Made by a program: the position numbers and the translations under genes. Below, one piece after another: positions 41,601 to 50,591 of a stretch of 64,000 nt of DNA (within the stretch, counting starts at the first letter, position 1; each line of letters opens with the position of its first letter). Source of the stretch: Promethearchaeota archaeon (GTDB lineage Archaea > Asgardarchaeota > Lokiarchaeia > Sigyniarchaeales > SOKP01). The stretch spans positions 96,001 through 160,000 of the forward strand of contig JBHLNF010000002.1 of assembly GCA_048937405.1 (NCBI GenBank), written 5' to 3'. The notes beneath the pieces were generated by a model. It was not told the origin of the DNA. It searched no databases and saw only the letters and a program-made list of their open reading frames with translations.

Positions 41601-42833
41601 CTAAGAAACGTGTTTATAATGAGTAGACCAATTTGTTTGATCTTCTATAGTAAAATCTACATCTATTGATTCTGCTTTTAAGAAAATTCGAGCATTATAA
41701 AAACCTTCAAATTGATGACCTGTTTCTTGAACATCTACAACATAGCAATTATAAAATTCATGAGTTACATAGTAATTCTCATCTGGTTTATATACAGTAA
41801 TATTAATTTGACGAGCTTCTCTATCTATATAATCTGTCCAAATTTTCTTCCGTTCTAATACTGCTTCTAATGTTAATTGTATAGTTTTATGCTTGTAGAG
41901 ATATACTGTTCCGTATTTGGAGTTATTATCCAAAACTACTTTATATTCTTGCTCTTGATACCATTGAGCCTTCCAACATTCTAGAAAGTGAATATTTTGA
42001 TCTGCTACATCCCAGTAAACATCAGGTTTTCCATTATAACAATTTTCTGCATTATAACCTGGGTTTGAAGGATCTGTTGTTAATCTTGGTCTTTCTTTAT
42101 CAAATAGCTTTATTGTATCTCCTGCTAAATTTGCATTAGGAGTAGAATCTAATGTTAATACTGGCGGATCTGATGCATCAGAATCCTCTACATTAAAAGT
42201 CTCGTCTTCATTATCTCCTCCACTTACAAATACTAACCAACCATTATAATAATCTACTGCTCTCTGTGGCTCATCTGTTAAAGTAATATCATTTCCAACA
42301 ACACTTGCTACAGTATCGTCAGCTTTCCATTGTCCTCTATCATCTTCTAACCTGCCAAAAATCCATTCACTCTCAACTAAGAAAGGAGCACCTTCCATAG
42401 CTGTACATCCTAATTTAATCATATAACAATCTACAGCTTGAGCTAATCTATCAACACTACCGTCATTTAACTCATCTCTAATCGTAATAGGTAAAGGTAA
42501 ACCTGTATCTAATACTTCTGCATTATGAATATTAGCTCCTCCGCCATCTTTAGTAACTTGTTTTAAAAACCAACAAATATACTGAGGAGTTATAGGTAGA
42601 AAATTGATTTTAAAAGGTTTATATTTTGGTCTAATAGGGGTTATATTAGATTCTCTCGAATCATAAGAATAATATTCTTCTACGTCATTTACTATTGATG
42701 GTAGAGTCCAATCACCACAAGACTCATCAAATTCTCCAAAAAAATAAGTTGTATCATCGGCATCATCAATAGCTTCTACACCTACACCCGATTGATATGC
42801 CCATACTAATCTACTTGATTTATTTCCTGTCAT
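41601..42833 (-). CDS. Putative major tail tube protein with inserted beta domain
   Basis: Position after neck genes; beta-rich; insert containing DYYNGWLVFVSG. Confidence 0.55.
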   Translation of the reverse strand: MTGNKSSRLVWAYQSGVGVEAIDDADDTTYFFGEFDESCGDWTLPSIVNDVEEYYSYDSRESNITPIRPKYKPFKINFLPITPQYICWFLKQVTKDGGGANIHNAEVLDTGLPLPITIRDELNDGSVDRLAQAVDCYMIKLGCTAMEGAPFLVESEWIFGRLEDDRGQWKADDTVASVVGNDITLTDEPQRAVDYYNGWLVFVSGGDNEDETFNVEDSDASDPPVLTLDSTPNANLAGDTIKLFDKERPRLTTDPSNPGYNAENCYNGKPDVYWDVADQNIHFLECWKAQWYQEQEYKVVLDNNSKYGTVYLYKHKTIQLTLEAVLERKKIWTDYIDREARQINITVYKPDENYYVTHEFYNCYVVDVQETGHQFEGFYNARIFLKAESIDVDFTIEDQTNWSTHYKHVS

Positions 42834-42877
42834 TTTTTTACCTTTTTAGTTAATTATTTAATTTTCAATTTAATCTT

Positions 42878-43297
42878 TTAACTTGTTGACCAAGTTATAT
42901 CTAAAAATATATCTTCATACCATCTTCCGTCATCCTGTTCATAAGCTTTATTACTATATGCTAATTTAATATAATTCATAACACTAGGACGAGTATAATC
43001 AGTTATAGTTTCTCTTCTATTAAATTTTAATATCCCTTCTAAGATATTATTAAAAGCACTCATTAAATTAGCTTCATTAGTTTCTGATAATTTTATTTTA
43101 TATCTTTTAACATAACGATAATTATCTGCTGATAATACTTCTCCTGGTTCTACAAGCATTCTATGTGTTTTTCCTGCCCCATATTTATCACTATAAATAC
43201 TTTTTGATTCAGAAATATGCTTAACTGTTGCTGATGTGTGTACTTTCCCTAAGAAAGTTCTAATATAATCTAATTCACTATCATCTGCCATTTTCAC
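42878..43297 (-). CDS. Putative tail terminator
   Basis: Size and position before the tail tube gene. Confidence 0.45.
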   Translation of the reverse strand: MKMADDSELDYIRTFLGKVHTSATVKHISESKSIYSDKYGAGKTHRMLVEPGEVLSADNYRYVKRYKIKLSETNEANLMSAFNNILEGILKFNRRETITDYTRPSVMNYIKLAYSNKAYEQDDGRWYEDIFLDITWSTS

Positions 43298-43756
43298 TCA
43301 CTTTCTTCCAAAATAATTTTCTTTTTCTCTCGCTAATACAGTCATCATTCTTTCCTTTGCAAATTCTACCATTTTATCAAAGAAATACCCTACTGCATTA
43401 GGATCATCTAATATTTTCCTTCCTCTTCTTTCACCACTATGCCGTACTCTCATTGTTGGCATATTATTTACATATATAGCATAATCCACGTCTGTTGCTA
43501 ATACTAATCTTAATATCTCATTTTGTATATATGAAGTATGTAACTTCTGTAATAAATCATTTCTTAGATTTCCTGTATCTTTTGGTACTTTTTGTTTAAT
43601 CCATTGTTCTAATAAGAAAATCATCTCTTTTAAAACAGCTCGTAGAAATTTCTGTATGTTTTGTTTAACTTGTTCATATGTAAATTTATTTCCACGTACT
43701 ATATAGCTGATTTCTGCCTTTGATAATTCTCCTATAACTGTTTGTTTTAAACTCAT
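43298..43756 (-). CDS. HK97 gp10-like neck/tail-completion protein
   Basis: VPKDTGNLR and DVDYAIYVN motifs. Confidence 0.7.
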   Translation of the reverse strand: MSLKQTVIGELSKAEISYIVRGNKFTYEQVKQNIQKFLRAVLKEMIFLLEQWIKQKVPKDTGNLRNDLLQKLHTSYIQNEILRLVLATDVDYAIYVNNMPTMRVRHSGERRGRKILDDPNAVGYFFDKMVEFAKERMMTVLAREKENYFGRK

Positions 43757-44124
43757 GTGTAATCTGGGTACATTTCAAAACTTTGGATAGTAAAATTACT
43801 ATTTTTCTTTAAAATGGTTTTAATAATATAATCCATAAATTCTTCGACAGATTTCTTAATCTCTATAGTATGTCCGTCTTTAATCATTTGAAGAATCATC
43901 ATTCTTTCCGCAAGTAATGTAGTTGCTGTAATAATACGATCTGGAATAGTTCCACTAAAACTCTTTCCTTCAATCGAGTTTATTATTCTTTCTGCCATAC
44001 TAATTTTTGCTACTACTTGTGCTTCTGAATACGACGGGATCAAATTTGCATAAGTTTTACAGGCATAATCTTCTAATTGGTCTCCTGTAATATATTCATA
44101 TTCGCTTGTTTCTGTATAAGCCAT
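43753..44124 (-). CDS. Head-tail adaptor (gp6/gp15-like)
   Basis: Directly after MCP; YIT..QL, ISMAERIIN, IPDRIITAT pattern. Confidence 0.65.
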   Translation of the reverse strand: MAYTETSEYEYITGDQLEDYACKTYANLIPSYSEAQVVAKISMAERIINSIEGKSFSGTIPDRIITATTLLAERMMILQMIKDGHTIEIKKSVEEFMDYIIKTILKKNSNFTIQSFEMYPDYT

Positions 44125-44150
44125 GTTTTTTTAACCTTTATATAATTAAA

Positions 44151-44176
44151 TAAAAAATATAGGAGTAGAAACTCCT
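44151..44176 (-). terminator. Hairpin plus T-tract after MCP gene
   Basis: Minus strand AGGAGT-TTCT-ACTCCT followed by ATATTTTTTA. Confidence 0.6.
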
Positions 44177-44208
44177 TTTAATACTTCAAAATTCGGATTT
44201 AAATTACT

Positions 44209-45156
44209 TTATTCAGTTGTTCCTACGTCACCACTATAAATCAAATAAAACCCTTTGGTTTCTTTTATTATAGGAGTGCCTCCCCAACAATCAAGATAAG
44301 CAATATCCTCTTCAAATTTCTTCTCAGGAATACCTTTTCTTGTTCCTACTTGTTCAGTTTCAGCTATATAAAAGATCCTTGGATCATTTTTGAACAGTAA
44401 GAAACATTGGGTATCATCTGCAGGAGTTTCTGAATTTCCTAAACCATCTGTGCAGATTTTATCAGTAAAATAGACTTTATCAATTATAGCAGGACTTTGG
44501 ACATTACCACTGAAATTCATATAGACATCTAAGAATTCTTTCCAAGCATTATTACCACTTGTAGACATTTGAGATTTTCTTAAAAGTGCGGCAGTTTTAT
44601 GCATTAAGACCAAAGTATAAGGAGGTTCGATGTAATCATCCTTTAATCCAGCAATTGCTGTTTCAAGGTCAGTAAAGAAATTTGCTATTGCATCTCCCCA
44701 TTTGTCAGTTGCTCCTGAGGATTGAATTCCTGTGTAATTTAACAAGCCTTCAGAACCTGGAACTTCTTCCATACCAAAAAGAATATCTTCGATAATCCAG
44801 TCAAATAATTGCTTTCTAGCTTCTAATTCCTCTTGAACTAAGAGACTTATAACTCCTTCTGTTGCAGAAAGGTCATTGTCCTGATGGTCAATAAGAATAG
44901 GAACACTTTCACGCATAACTGGTTTTTCATTAAATTTTCGATTAGGCATGTTTTGAATATCGTAGTCAAATTTACTTCCTCTCCTATGAATTTGAACTTC
45001 TAGAGCTTTTCCGTATTTAATTACTTTGATCCCTTCTGGAAAAGGTCTATGAGGTAGTGCAGGAAGTATATCTAATACTTCATGTTTAACTTCAGATATT
45101 TGGGTATCTACTTTACTCCATTGATTTTCTGTTACGTGTTTTATTTCGTCAGCCAT
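44209..45156 (-). CDS. Major capsid protein, HK97 fold (encapsulin/linocin-like)
   Basis: TENQWSKVD N-terminus, EDILFG...SEGLLN, PPYTLVL; position in head module. Confidence 0.8.
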   Translation of the reverse strand: MADEIKHVTENQWSKVDTQISEVKHEVLDILPALPHRPFPEGIKVIKYGKALEVQIHRRGSKFDYDIQNMPNRKFNEKPVMRESVPILIDHQDNDLSATEGVISLLVQEELEARKQLFDWIIEDILFGMEEVPGSEGLLNYTGIQSSGATDKWGDAIANFFTDLETAIAGLKDDYIEPPYTLVLMHKTAALLRKSQMSTSGNNAWKEFLDVYMNFSGNVQSPAIIDKVYFTDKICTDGLGNSETPADDTQCFLLFKNDPRIFYIAETEQVGTRKGIPEKKFEEDIAYLDCWGGTPIIKETKGFYLIYSGDVGTTE

Positions 45157-45161
45157 GATAA

Positions 45162-45593
45162 TTAACCTCTATCTATTCTGGCTCTGCATACTGAATCACC
45201 GTTAGGAACTCTATAAACTATTCTTGCAAAAGTTTGACCTGTTGCACTACCAGCAGACCAAGGTGCAATTCCTGCATTTGCTGGTTTATCGTAGATAGGT
45301 TCACTTATCTCTTTATCTTCTCCTGGATCATCACAGAACATATTTACATAACCTTCTGTGATTATGTTTCCTTGGTAGCCACTTGAAATAGCTGTGTCAA
45401 GATCTACATTGTAGTGTTTATTTAAAACACCTGCTGCTCTATAAGAGGTTGATGCTTTTCTGATATTTTTAGAACTATCAATATGAACTAAAGATCCTGC
45501 TTTGATATCTTGTATAAGAGTACCAAATAGAGGAGCTTTATTATCTCCTACTTCAATACTATTTCCTATATCACTTATTTCGTCATTTGCCAT
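45162..45593 (-). CDS. Putative capsid decoration/cement protein
   Basis: IKAGSLVHI...AAGV...ITEGYV beta pattern; between scaffold and MCP. Confidence 0.6.
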   Translation of the reverse strand: MANDEISDIGNSIEVGDNKAPLFGTLIQDIKAGSLVHIDSSKNIRKASTSYRAAGVLNKHYNVDLDTAISSGYQGNIITEGYVNMFCDDPGEDKEISEPIYDKPANAGIAPWSAGSATGQTFARIVYRVPNGDSVCRARIDRG

Positions 45594-45647
45594 ATGCTAA
45601 ACCTTTTTATTTTTAATTTACAGGTATCCTCACTTAAGAGTCCTTTG

Positions 45648-46421
45648 TTAACCTGTTTTATGTTGTTTTACAAACTTCCATTCTGTGAAAACTTTTGAAG
45701 TTTCTTTATCAGTAGGAAGATCATGCTTCATTTTATCTTGAAAACCTAACTTGATTTTCTGCTTCTCTTTTTCTTCTTCGTCTCCTTCTTCTTCTGGTTT
45801 AGGTTCAGGCTTATCCTTAGCCTTAGACAATTCTTCTAGTTGTTTTTTTAAGAGATTAATCTCTTCTAAGAGAATTTTACTTGTAATTTCTTGTTCCTCG
45901 TTATTCTCTTCTGAGTTATCCTCTTTATTATTTTCTTCTGATTCTTGAGGATCTTCTGGCTCCTCATTATTATCTGTATTTTGTCCATCTACTATATCAG
46001 GACCAGCAGATGGCTCATCTCCTCTATCTCGTTTTGTAATATTACACACCTTTAAAGGACATTTTTGATCAAAATTACCAACAGCTATATGGTTGATTCC
46101 TATAATTTTATTATCTTGAATTTCATATTCTATTGAAACATTAAAATCTCCATCTTTATTACTATGAAGTTTAATTCCTTCATCTAAATCTTCTTGATTC
46201 CATCCTACATACAAAAGCTTGTTTCTTTTATCTAAATCCCAGTATTTAATAGAACCTACTTGTTCTCTTACATCACCATGACTTCTCTTAATAGGAATTG
46301 GTGTATTTCCTCTACTTTTTAGAGCTACTTCAATTTCTTCCCATTTATCATAGAAATCATCTGGTTTATAATCTCCTAGAGCAGCAACACCACTATAATC
46401 GAACTTTCTACTTTTTATCAT
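45648..46421 (-). CDS. Putative prohead protease/scaffold fusion
   Basis: PIKRSH...VG, VSIEY, NHIAV, CP...C (DUF2213-like), followed by acidic linker and coiled coil. Confidence 0.65.
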   Translation of the reverse strand: MIKSRKFDYSGVAALGDYKPDDFYDKWEEIEVALKSRGNTPIPIKRSHGDVREQVGSIKYWDLDKRNKLLYVGWNQEDLDEGIKLHSNKDGDFNVSIEYEIQDNKIIGINHIAVGNFDQKCPLKVCNITKRDRGDEPSAGPDIVDGQNTDNNEEPEDPQESEENNKEDNSEENNEEQEITSKILLEEINLLKKQLEELSKAKDKPEPKPEEEGDEEEKEKQKIKLGFQDKMKHDLPTDKETSKVFTEWKFVKQHKTG

Positions 46422-46614
46422 ATTTTTCCTCTAATCTTTTCATATAAGGTATTAAATCCTTATTACAATAGGGGCATACAGTCACGTTTTTTGAATCTTC
46501 AATAAATTTCTTTCTTGTTGGAAGAAAATCAAAATCTCCACTCCATAACAATTCTGCTAACTTTTTACAGCAAAAGAAAGCTTGAAAATTCTGATAGTTT
46601 TCTTCTTCACTCAT
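46408..46614 (-). CDS. Small Cys-containing (Zn-binding) viral protein
   Basis: FCC...CPYC; ATGA overlap with upstream ORF. Confidence 0.6.
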   Translation of the reverse strand: MSEEENYQNFQAFFCCKKLAELLWSGDFDFLPTRKKFIEDSKNVTVCPYCNKDLIPYMKRLEEKYDKK

Positions 46615-46739
46615 TTTCCATTCTTGTGTTTTTTTACTAAATATGCTCTATAGGCTCGTTCTGCATCTCCTTGAGTTTTATAGATACATTGTCCTTCGCC
46701 AATTCTCCACTTTCCATTACTGCATTTCTTCACTGGCAT
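46611..46739 (-). CDS. 42-aa basic viral protein, not in ORF track
   Basis: MPVKKCSNGKWRIGEGQCIYKTQGDAERAYRAYLVKKHKNGK*; abuts the portal stop and overlaps the next ATG. Confidence 0.7.
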   Translation of the reverse strand: MPVKKCSNGKWRIGEGQCIYKTQGDAERAYRAYLVKKHKNGK

Positions 46740-47942
46740 TTAATCATATTTCTCTACATAGTTCTTTTCTTTTTTAAGATAATCAGCATCTTTTTCTTCA
46801 GGTTCTTCTACAGGTTCTAATTCTTGCTTTTCTTCATTTACAGCTTTATTATAGTCTTCTGAATCTACTAAATTTCCTCCATCATCAAATACTATCTCTT
46901 TAACACTTTCATTCAAAGCTTCACCATCTTCCTGCTTTAAAAGTAGTTTTCTAATAAATGGTATATATTCTTGAAAGATTTGTTTTAATGTAGTCCATAT
47001 TGCTATTCTATCTTCTTTTGCTGCAGATTGAGCTCCTTTAGGATCTCCTATAAACCATCTCACTGGAAATCCAGATGATCCAGAAATTATCTTCATTAAC
47101 TCTTCTAAATCTGCTGTCCAGTTTACTTTATTACCAGAACCTTCCCAAGTAATCGTAGGTGCTTGTCCTGTCATAGTAGAACTTTTCAGCAATAAAACAC
47201 TTCTGGTATTTGTCTTCTTAATAGCTGTAATTAAATTTGACTGCTGATCACTGTACTCGTTTGGATCAAGAGATAAAATCATCATCCCATTTCCTATTCT
47301 TGCATCATATTCTGCCATAGCTGAAACTATCTCATTATATCTCACAGAAGAATCCCATACAGCTTTAATTGGAGCAACTCCTTGTCTATTTAATTTAGAC
47401 TTCCCTACTGAGAAGTGAATCACATCTTCTGGAAATAAATCATAATCACTTACAGCTTCACTTTGTTCTATATTCTCTCCTTCTTCTAACTCAGGTTTGA
47501 CCTTATATTTCTCAATCTTTAATTTCTTGAATTTAATCTTCTGAATATCTGTAGAATCATGAACAAGCCAATCTCTGTCTTCTAAAACATCATCTTTTAG
47601 TGGTTCTACAACACAGTACCCATGTGTTCTAGTAGCTTGAATAACATCATTTAAGAGATTATTATAAGAGAGTTTTTCCCACTGCTCTTTTAAGTCTTCC
47701 ATTTCATTTCCTACTTTATCTAAGAAAATAGGAGTTCTTTCTGTGATTAAATTAGCTACCCTTTGAACAAGAGCATTAATAATAGGATCGTTTTCTACTC
47801 TAATTTCCCTATGTTTTGGATTACTCCATTTTTTAGCTTTTAGCACTTCTAATTTATCTGCATAAATTGAGGAGTGAATCCATTCATTTGCTCTTTGTAC
47901 TTTTCCTACAACCCATTCCTTTGCTCTTCGTAATACTCCCAT
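46740..47942 (-). CDS. Portal protein
   Basis: DPIINAL, HGYCVV, FPEDVIHF, GVAPI, SGFPVRWFIG; position after terL. Confidence 0.8.
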   Translation of the reverse strand: MGVLRRAKEWVVGKVQRANEWIHSSIYADKLEVLKAKKWSNPKHREIRVENDPIINALVQRVANLITERTPIFLDKVGNEMEDLKEQWEKLSYNNLLNDVIQATRTHGYCVVEPLKDDVLEDRDWLVHDSTDIQKIKFKKLKIEKYKVKPELEEGENIEQSEAVSDYDLFPEDVIHFSVGKSKLNRQGVAPIKAVWDSSVRYNEIVSAMAEYDARIGNGMMILSLDPNEYSDQQSNLITAIKKTNTRSVLLLKSSTMTGQAPTITWEGSGNKVNWTADLEELMKIISGSSGFPVRWFIGDPKGAQSAAKEDRIAIWTTLKQIFQEYIPFIRKLLLKQEDGEALNESVKEIVFDDGGNLVDSEDYNKAVNEEKQELEPVEEPEEKDADYLKKEKNYVEKYD

Positions 47943-47943
47943 A

Positions 47944-48138
47944 TTATTTTACCATTAGCAATTGTTTTAAATTATCTATATATTTTCCATATCCTTCCTT
48001 CCTCAGAAATGCTTCAATAGATCCATAGTTCCTTTCAATTTCTTGTACTACTACTCTTCTTAACGTTCCTTCATAACCAATCTGGCAAATTAAGTAGGTA
48101 TCTAAATCTGCATAACCAATATCTATATCATTAAACAT
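47944..48138 (-). CDS. Provirus hypothetical protein (64 aa)
   Basis: Start revised to ATG 48138 (MFND...) to remove the long overlap with the KTSC gene. Confidence 0.55.
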   Translation of the reverse strand: MFNDIDIGYADLDTYLICQIGYEGTLRRVVVQEIERNYGSIEAFLRKEGYGKYIDNLKQLLMVK

Positions 48139-48499
48139 AGTTCCATCTATATCCTCCTTTCCTAATATTGTAGTAGAAAAACGTACCTTTAGAATGAGCA
48201 TAATAAAACTCTTCAAAAATACTAAACGGTACATCATAGTATTTTGCCATTTTTCCACTAAGAAACTGTACTTTTAATTCTCCTGCTTCTATCGTCTTTC
48301 CTTTTATATATTCAAATCCTGCTATATTAGTAGAGCTTACTGGCATCATAGGATAATCCTTCCATACAAGTCTCCCTACTCTCATAGGACCTATTGCAGG
48401 AGGTTGCTCTTTTCTTGTAGTTGGTGTTAGTAATCTGCTAGGTACAAACCTGCCACTTTCATCTCTCATGTAGGGCTTTGGTCTTCTTCTTCTTACCAT
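48131..48499 (-). CDS. KTSC-domain protein with Arg-rich N-terminus
   Basis: PVSSTNIAGFEY...LKVQFLSG...YYDVP..F....SKGTFFYYNIR; N-terminus MVRRRRPKP. Confidence 0.8.
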   Translation of the reverse strand: MVRRRRPKPYMRDESGRFVPSRLLTPTTRKEQPPAIGPMRVGRLVWKDYPMMPVSSTNIAGFEYIKGKTIEAGELKVQFLSGKMAKYYDVPFSIFEEFYYAHSKGTFFYYNIRKGGYRWNYV

Positions 48500-48502
48500 A
48501 TT

Positions 48503-49837
48503 TTATCCTCCATAATTCCAATTACTATACATTTCCCAAAGATACTTCCTAAAGTAGTAATACACTCCATGCATAAGAGAGTCTACATAATCATCATCTT
48601 TCTTATCTCCGCAGTAATGTAATAACTGTTGTTTTAAAGTAGGATTTTTCACTATAAGCCTATTCTCATCCAGTACATATCTTAATCCTTCTATATACCA
48701 TTCTTTCTGGTTTCCAAAGAACGAGAATTTAGTACTGTAATTACTTTTCTTCATTTTTGAATTTACAACACTTGCTATCGTCTGCGATCCTTCTAAGATA
48801 AACAGTGGATGATATTTCTGCTGAAACTCCCTACATTTAACTAATATCTCTTCATAGGTAGCATTTTGTTTTCCCCACGATTCAAGCTCGTAAATAATAT
48901 TATTCTTAATTGCAAGAACAAACATCGTGCATTCATGTCCCCATCCCCAATCAATAGGACATACAATCTCTCCGTAATTTCCTATCTCATTATAATCAAC
49001 AAATGCTTCTTCGATTTTCTTTGCTTTAAAGTATGCTCCTTCTTCTTCTACCCATTCCATCAGCACTTCCTGTCTCCACATCCTCTCTGTCATTCCTGCT
49101 TTTATCTGCTTCCATGTATCTTCTGAAACCCATATAGCATCCTCTTTTCTTAGAGTAAATTTACTGCATTGTAAATCTTTATCAAACCAAAATGTATGGA
49201 ATCTACTACCTGCTTTTGCAGTTCCTGTAATCCATATATGCATTTCTCTTCCTGTTGCCAACATAGGAAAGATTTTACTCCATACTTCTGGCTCTACTTC
49301 CTGTGCTTCGTCTATAATAACTATATCCGCTTCGTACGTTCCTGTATCTGCTATTGTATTACTATGAGCCATCACAGTAGTGCCATTTTTCAATGTAGTA
49401 TGTGTTTTAGCATCTTGTTTACCCAACAAATCAAGTTTATACTCTAAATCAATTTCTCGTATTGAACTAATTACATAAGAAGCAGTTTCTTTCTTAGAAG
49501 ATAAAATGTGGACTCTGAGTTTCCTTCTTGTTCCTAATAAAATAATTCCTAAAGCGTCAAGGTAGGTTTTACCTGTTTTTCTACATCCAAAAACCATTGT
49601 CATTCCTGGTTGTAGAAAACTTTGTAAAATTTCCTTCTGTTTTGGAACTAACTTTTTAGTTATCTTTTTATAATTAACTGCAAATTTCTTATCTTCAGTA
49701 GTGAGGTAGGGTTCTACATATAGTCTCGCATACAAAGGAAAAATATTAATATAGCTTCTTGCCTTTGCAGGATCTTTACTCGCTTCTGAAATCATTTTTT
49801 CTAAAATTTTCTTATAGTTAAATTCTTCTTCGTTCAA
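48503..49837 (-). CDS. terL: Terminase large subunit
   Basis: Q-motif PKQ, Walker A GCRKTGKT, Walker B VIIDEAQ, TGT coupling motif, nuclease IDWG and DDYVDS. Confidence 0.9.
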   Translation of the reverse strand: MNEEEFNYKKILEKMISEASKDPAKARSYINIFPLYARLYVEPYLTTEDKKFAVNYKKITKKLVPKQKEILQSFLQPGMTMVFGCRKTGKTYLDALGIILLGTRRKLRVHILSSKKETASYVISSIREIDLEYKLDLLGKQDAKTHTTLKNGTTVMAHSNTIADTGTYEADIVIIDEAQEVEPEVWSKIFPMLATGREMHIWITGTAKAGSRFHTFWFDKDLQCSKFTLRKEDAIWVSEDTWKQIKAGMTERMWRQEVLMEWVEEEGAYFKAKKIEEAFVDYNEIGNYGEIVCPIDWGWGHECTMFVLAIKNNIIYELESWGKQNATYEEILVKCREFQQKYHPLFILEGSQTIASVVNSKMKKSNYSTKFSFFGNQKEWYIEGLRYVLDENRLIVKNPTLKQQLLHYCGDKKDDDYVDSLMHGVYYYFRKYLWEMYSNWNYGG

Positions 49838-50030
49838 TGGGTAGGGGTGTCTCTTCGTTTTTTATACAGAGTTCACTTCCTTTATTCTCATATTATAATT
49901 AAGGGAGGGATAAGCTATCCCTACCCTTTATGCATGAAGGAAGTGAAGAATATATGCGGAAGCAACAGAGCAGTTATCCTGACCTTTGAGGTTTGATCTG
50001 ATTGTTACTTCCTTTCTATATCCTATAGGA
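49838..50030 (-). ncRNA. Candidate structured leader RNA / packaging signal upstream of terL
   Basis: Inverted repeats 49958-49967/50003-50012, 49872-49882/49937-49947, 49901-49912/49916-49928, plus competing pair 49839-49846/49919-49926. Confidence 0.5.
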
Positions 50031-50059
50031 GTTTTAACATTTGTAATACGATTTATTAT

Positions 50060-50093
50060 TTTGATAATTATCAAACTAATACATTTAAATTTC
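50060..50093 (-). promoter_or_regulatory. Late promoter (BRE/TATA GAAATTTAAAT) with perfect 16-bp palindrome TTTGATAATTATCAAA (50060-50075)
   Basis: The palindrome lies between the TATA box and the expected start site. Confidence 0.55.
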
Positions 50094-50114
50094 AAAAATT
50101 AGACAATTTTGTAG

Positions 50115-50363
50115 TCATAGCAGAAAAAACAGCGATTTTCAGTTACCTTTTTTTAGTAGAAAAAAAATAAGTATATATATATATATTATATTTTATAAGT
50201 TTTTATTTATATTTTATAATATAATAGTATATTTTATATATTTTATATACCTAGATCGTAAGAAAAAATATATATATAAAAATAGAAATAAATATATAAA
50301 TATATATACATTTTTCTCCATATAAAAAAGGTTGGAAAAATTTCCATGTTTTTTCTGCTATGA
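50115..50363. repeat. Perfect 17-bp inverted repeat enclosing an almost pure-AT core (origin-like)
   Basis: TCATAGCAGAAAAAACA (50115-50131) / TGTTTTTTCTGCTATGA (50347-50363); inner ACCTTTTTT/AAAAAAGGT. Confidence 0.8.
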
Positions 50364-50591
50364 GAATTTATTCGTTCTTCTATCACGCACAACTTTTATA
50401 ATTTTAACAAAAATGTATTATTTTGAAAATTAGAAAACCATCTAATATAATACTTACTCGTCCACATCCTTAGCCAAAATCTAATTTTAATAGTTATCTA
50501 ATCTTTAAACCAATACAATTTTCAAATATTTATAAGTAAGTGGAATTATAGTAGGATGAGAAAAAACTATTTTAAAAAATAATATAAAAAA

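Noticed and set aside
44209-45156. Cellular encapsulin or gene-transfer-agent interpretation
   Set aside because: The linked terminase, portal, tail, control region and integrase favour a provirus
48139-48258. Long dual-coding overlap with the KTSC gene
   Set aside because: ATG 48138 downstream of GGAGG gives an ordinary 8-nt overlap
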